DNA of 64,000 bases from Hormiphora californensis (taxonomy: Eukaryota > Animalia > Ctenophora), in contig CM035357.1 of NCBI GenBank assembly GCA_020137815.1, forward strand, positions 62,001 through 126,000, given 5' to 3'. Below are positions 61,153-64,000 of the stretch, piece after piece. The notes under the pieces were generated by a model. It searched no databases. It saw nothing but the letters and a program-made list of their open reading frames with translations, and had not been told where the DNA came from. Both the position numbers and the translations under genes were made by a program. Position 1 is the stretch's first letter. Each line of letters opens with the position of its first letter.

Positions 61153-62058
61153 CTGTATTGTGTACCTTCCTCGATGTATCGATAAAACATTGATTTCTTT
61201 ACAGCCAATTTGTTTCTAATTCGTTTTTTTTATCTCTACACAACAACTATCTATAGCTACTATCTATTCTCTCCACCAACTATCTATCACATTAGTATCG
61301 ACTCTACTTTGCCTCCATCATGCCTCTAACTAAATCGTCTCTTCCTTCACCTCTCCTACCCACTAGACACACACACACACTATCTATAGTTTAACCTAGA
61401 CACCCACTCTCTGCTATCAATTAAATCACTTCCCCCCTAGACACAGGAAATGTGTCACACCCACTATCTGCTATCAATTATCATCTCACCTATATTCTGA
61501 CAGCTTCCAAAAAATTACAGCCCTCATTTCCTCTCTCTCTACATACTACTGGTCTCTACATCTCTCTCATTTCCTCTCTCTACACCCCCATTATATGAGT
61601 GTTACTTTCTCTAGATAACTCGCTACTTGTTGTCACAAATCTCCCCCTCTCTCTACATTTTTTTAGTCATGTCGTGGCGACTCTTGTGCGTTCTTTTTGT
61701 ACTCCCCTTGATAACCCTGGGGCAAGATGACAAGAAACCAGCTGTAGCTGAGAAAATAGATTGTAAGTTGAACCCCTGCTAGCTTGCTGCTTGTCCTGTG
61801 TAACAGACGGACAGTAGTTTGTTTGGAGTTGTCACCTGCCGGTAAAGTTTGTGTGTGTGTTTTATCGGTAACCCGATACCGTTCTAATACTGCAAAACGA
61901 GTGTTTGCTAAAGATAGAGAGAGCTGCAAAATGAGTTGACAGGTAGGGAGAAAGTAGGAGAAATATTTTACCCTAAACTCTCCTCTTATCTTGAGTCATG
62001 TACCTACCCTCGTATTCTAAACCATCCCATAATTCCAAGGTCCTGCCTATATTTTCAG

Positions 62059-63351
62059 TGCCATGCAGTCAAGGATCCTTCCTGAATAAGACGAGACCTG
62101 CCCGTCAGTTTTGTCAGAAATGTCCTGAGAACACCTATTGGGCCCTGAATATCACTTATGTGGTCGTTAATAAAGAGTACCAGCAGGTAATTAAATACTA
62201 ATTAGGGTAATTATCTAATTACCTAATTATGTTATTATCTAATTAGGATTCATAACTTTCTTTAATTTTGAGTTCATTTTCTGAAAGGTGTATTTTACAC
62301 AAAAAAAAACAATTAATAATTTTGTTAGTTAGGAAAATACTACATTGTCGAATCGTTTAAAGAGGTTAAAAACCGTTTTAGCATTAAATGTTGCATTAGT
62401 TGAATTCTCGAGATTTACATTTCCTCTTTTTTATGTTCCTTGATTTGTGAATGCAATCAATTATTGATAGAACTAACAAGACAGCTTTAATGATTAAATC
62501 GGTAATTGGATGTGATACATGAACCACATATTAATTGAAAATGACGTAAGAGTTAATTGTTTCGACCTTGTAACTGATCAAATTGAGAGGGTGACAGAGA
62601 GACACTGATAGAGAGACATAGAGTCAACCTCTGACTGTGTAACTGAACAACAATCTAAATCATATCTCTCTTCCTGCCAAAAGAGTAATGAGGTCAATCC
62701 CGAAACTTTTATAGTTGACAACATCTAACCTCCCCCTTCTCTCCCAGAAAGTTAACGGTGCCAAGTGTGTGGCATGTGCGATCTACCTGAGATCTCCAGA
62801 GGGCTCCATAGACGTTACTGCATGTGTCTGTCGTGAGGGGGATTCAACTTGTGCATCTACGGGTAAGCTAATAATTCAAAACCACTTACATAGAAATAAG
62901 TCATCCAGTCGAATTTTGTGTTTCATGAATGATTCCTTTACACCATGCCAGTAACTACACATTCCCCTCGTCCCCCAGATGACTCCACTAAACTATTACC
63001 CCCTTCGTCCCCAGACGACTCCACTAAACTATTACCCCCTTCGTCCCCAGATGACTCCACTAAACTATTACCCCCTTCATCCCCAGATGATATCCACTAA
63101 ACTATTACCCCCTTCATCCCCAGATGATTTCCACTAAACTATTACCCCCTTCCTCCCCAGATGACTCCACTAAACTATTACCCCCTCGTCCCCCCCCCCC
63201 CAGTAACTACACTGTATCCCCCTTCATCCCCAGATGATCTCCAGAAGAATAATCTGATGATAATTATTGGAATTATAATCACTCTAATTGCTATTGGGTT
63301 CCTTATTGGAATTCTCTTTTTCTGTAGAATGTACGGACCTGGAATATTTAG
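62059..63351 (+). CDS. Exons of a membrane protein with an ephrin-receptor-like (GCC2/GCC3) Cys-rich domain
   Basis: 62059-62186 (PCSQGSF...CQKCPENTY), 62748-62862 (CVAC...SPEGSIDVTACVC), 63234-63351 (TM); phases are consistent; start and end not located. Confidence 0.75.
62960..63240 (+). repeat. 36-37-bp tandem repeat of the acceptor ccccag|atga
   Basis: Six copies precede the true acceptor at 63233. Confidence 0.9.
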
Positions 63352-63737
63352 GTGAGTGAGATGCTATTTCTTGTTACTGCTGTTATTCCAGGGAGACAGA
63401 AGACATTGTCTTGCACTGTCTTCTCAATGATAAATTCTGAGGATTTTCCTGGTTAACTTATTGGTAGCTGGGAATTGGAGAGTTACAAATGACATCTCGT
63501 GTCCAAGTTCTAAGTTAGGGGAAGCCAGTACTGGGAGAGGGGGAAGTGTAAATCAGGGGGGGGGGGGTTGTTATAGACTATGTGGGAGTGTAAATCAGGA
63601 AGCTGTAACCAGGCTCCACTGGGTGGGGTTTTATACACTGTGTAATAATACACAGCAGCTGATATATTGGCCAGATGTAATGAAGAATCAGATGACATAA
63701 GGTGGCACCGAACATTTCGTATCATCTCTCTGTCTCT

Positions 63738-63843
<106 letters not shown>

Positions 63844-63847
63844 CTCT

Positions 63848-63932
<85 letters not shown>

Positions 63933-64000
63933 ATCTCTCTCGGTTTACCAATTAAACATACCTGTCAGAATACAGACATTCTAGCTCGAAATTGTTCTAG

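Overview
Eukaryotic, repeat-rich genomic DNA from an invertebrate animal. The short introns, nested antisense gene, AG acceptors just before ATGs and dense (CT)n suggest a ctenophore, but that is inference only. Genes rebuilt by hand: a 9-exon TIR-domain gene (-, 11348-3979) hosting a nested antisense 3xShKT gene and a 5'-truncated RLE-type (CRE-like) retrotransposon; an IFI27/ISG12-like gene; a CCDC59/TAP26-like gene; a two-SH3 gene; a secreted galectin-like gene; a YDxP-rich membrane adaptor; a GCC2/GCC3 membrane protein; and several unknown low-complexity genes. Many non-autonomous DNA transposons have readable TIRs and TSDs (Kolobok-like TTAA, hAT 8 bp, Tc1/mariner TA, foldback). Best finding: a palindromic TTAA-targeting MITE in the first coding exon of the TIR gene. 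Its TIR supplies a GT donor and its TSD plus the next host G supplies an AG acceptor, so splicing would restore the protein exactly (Introner-like intron gain). Second finding: at least 11 intron ends carry tandem copies of their own exon-intron junction. Parts of 33.3-33.6 kb and 43.3-47.3 kb look like low-quality sequence.
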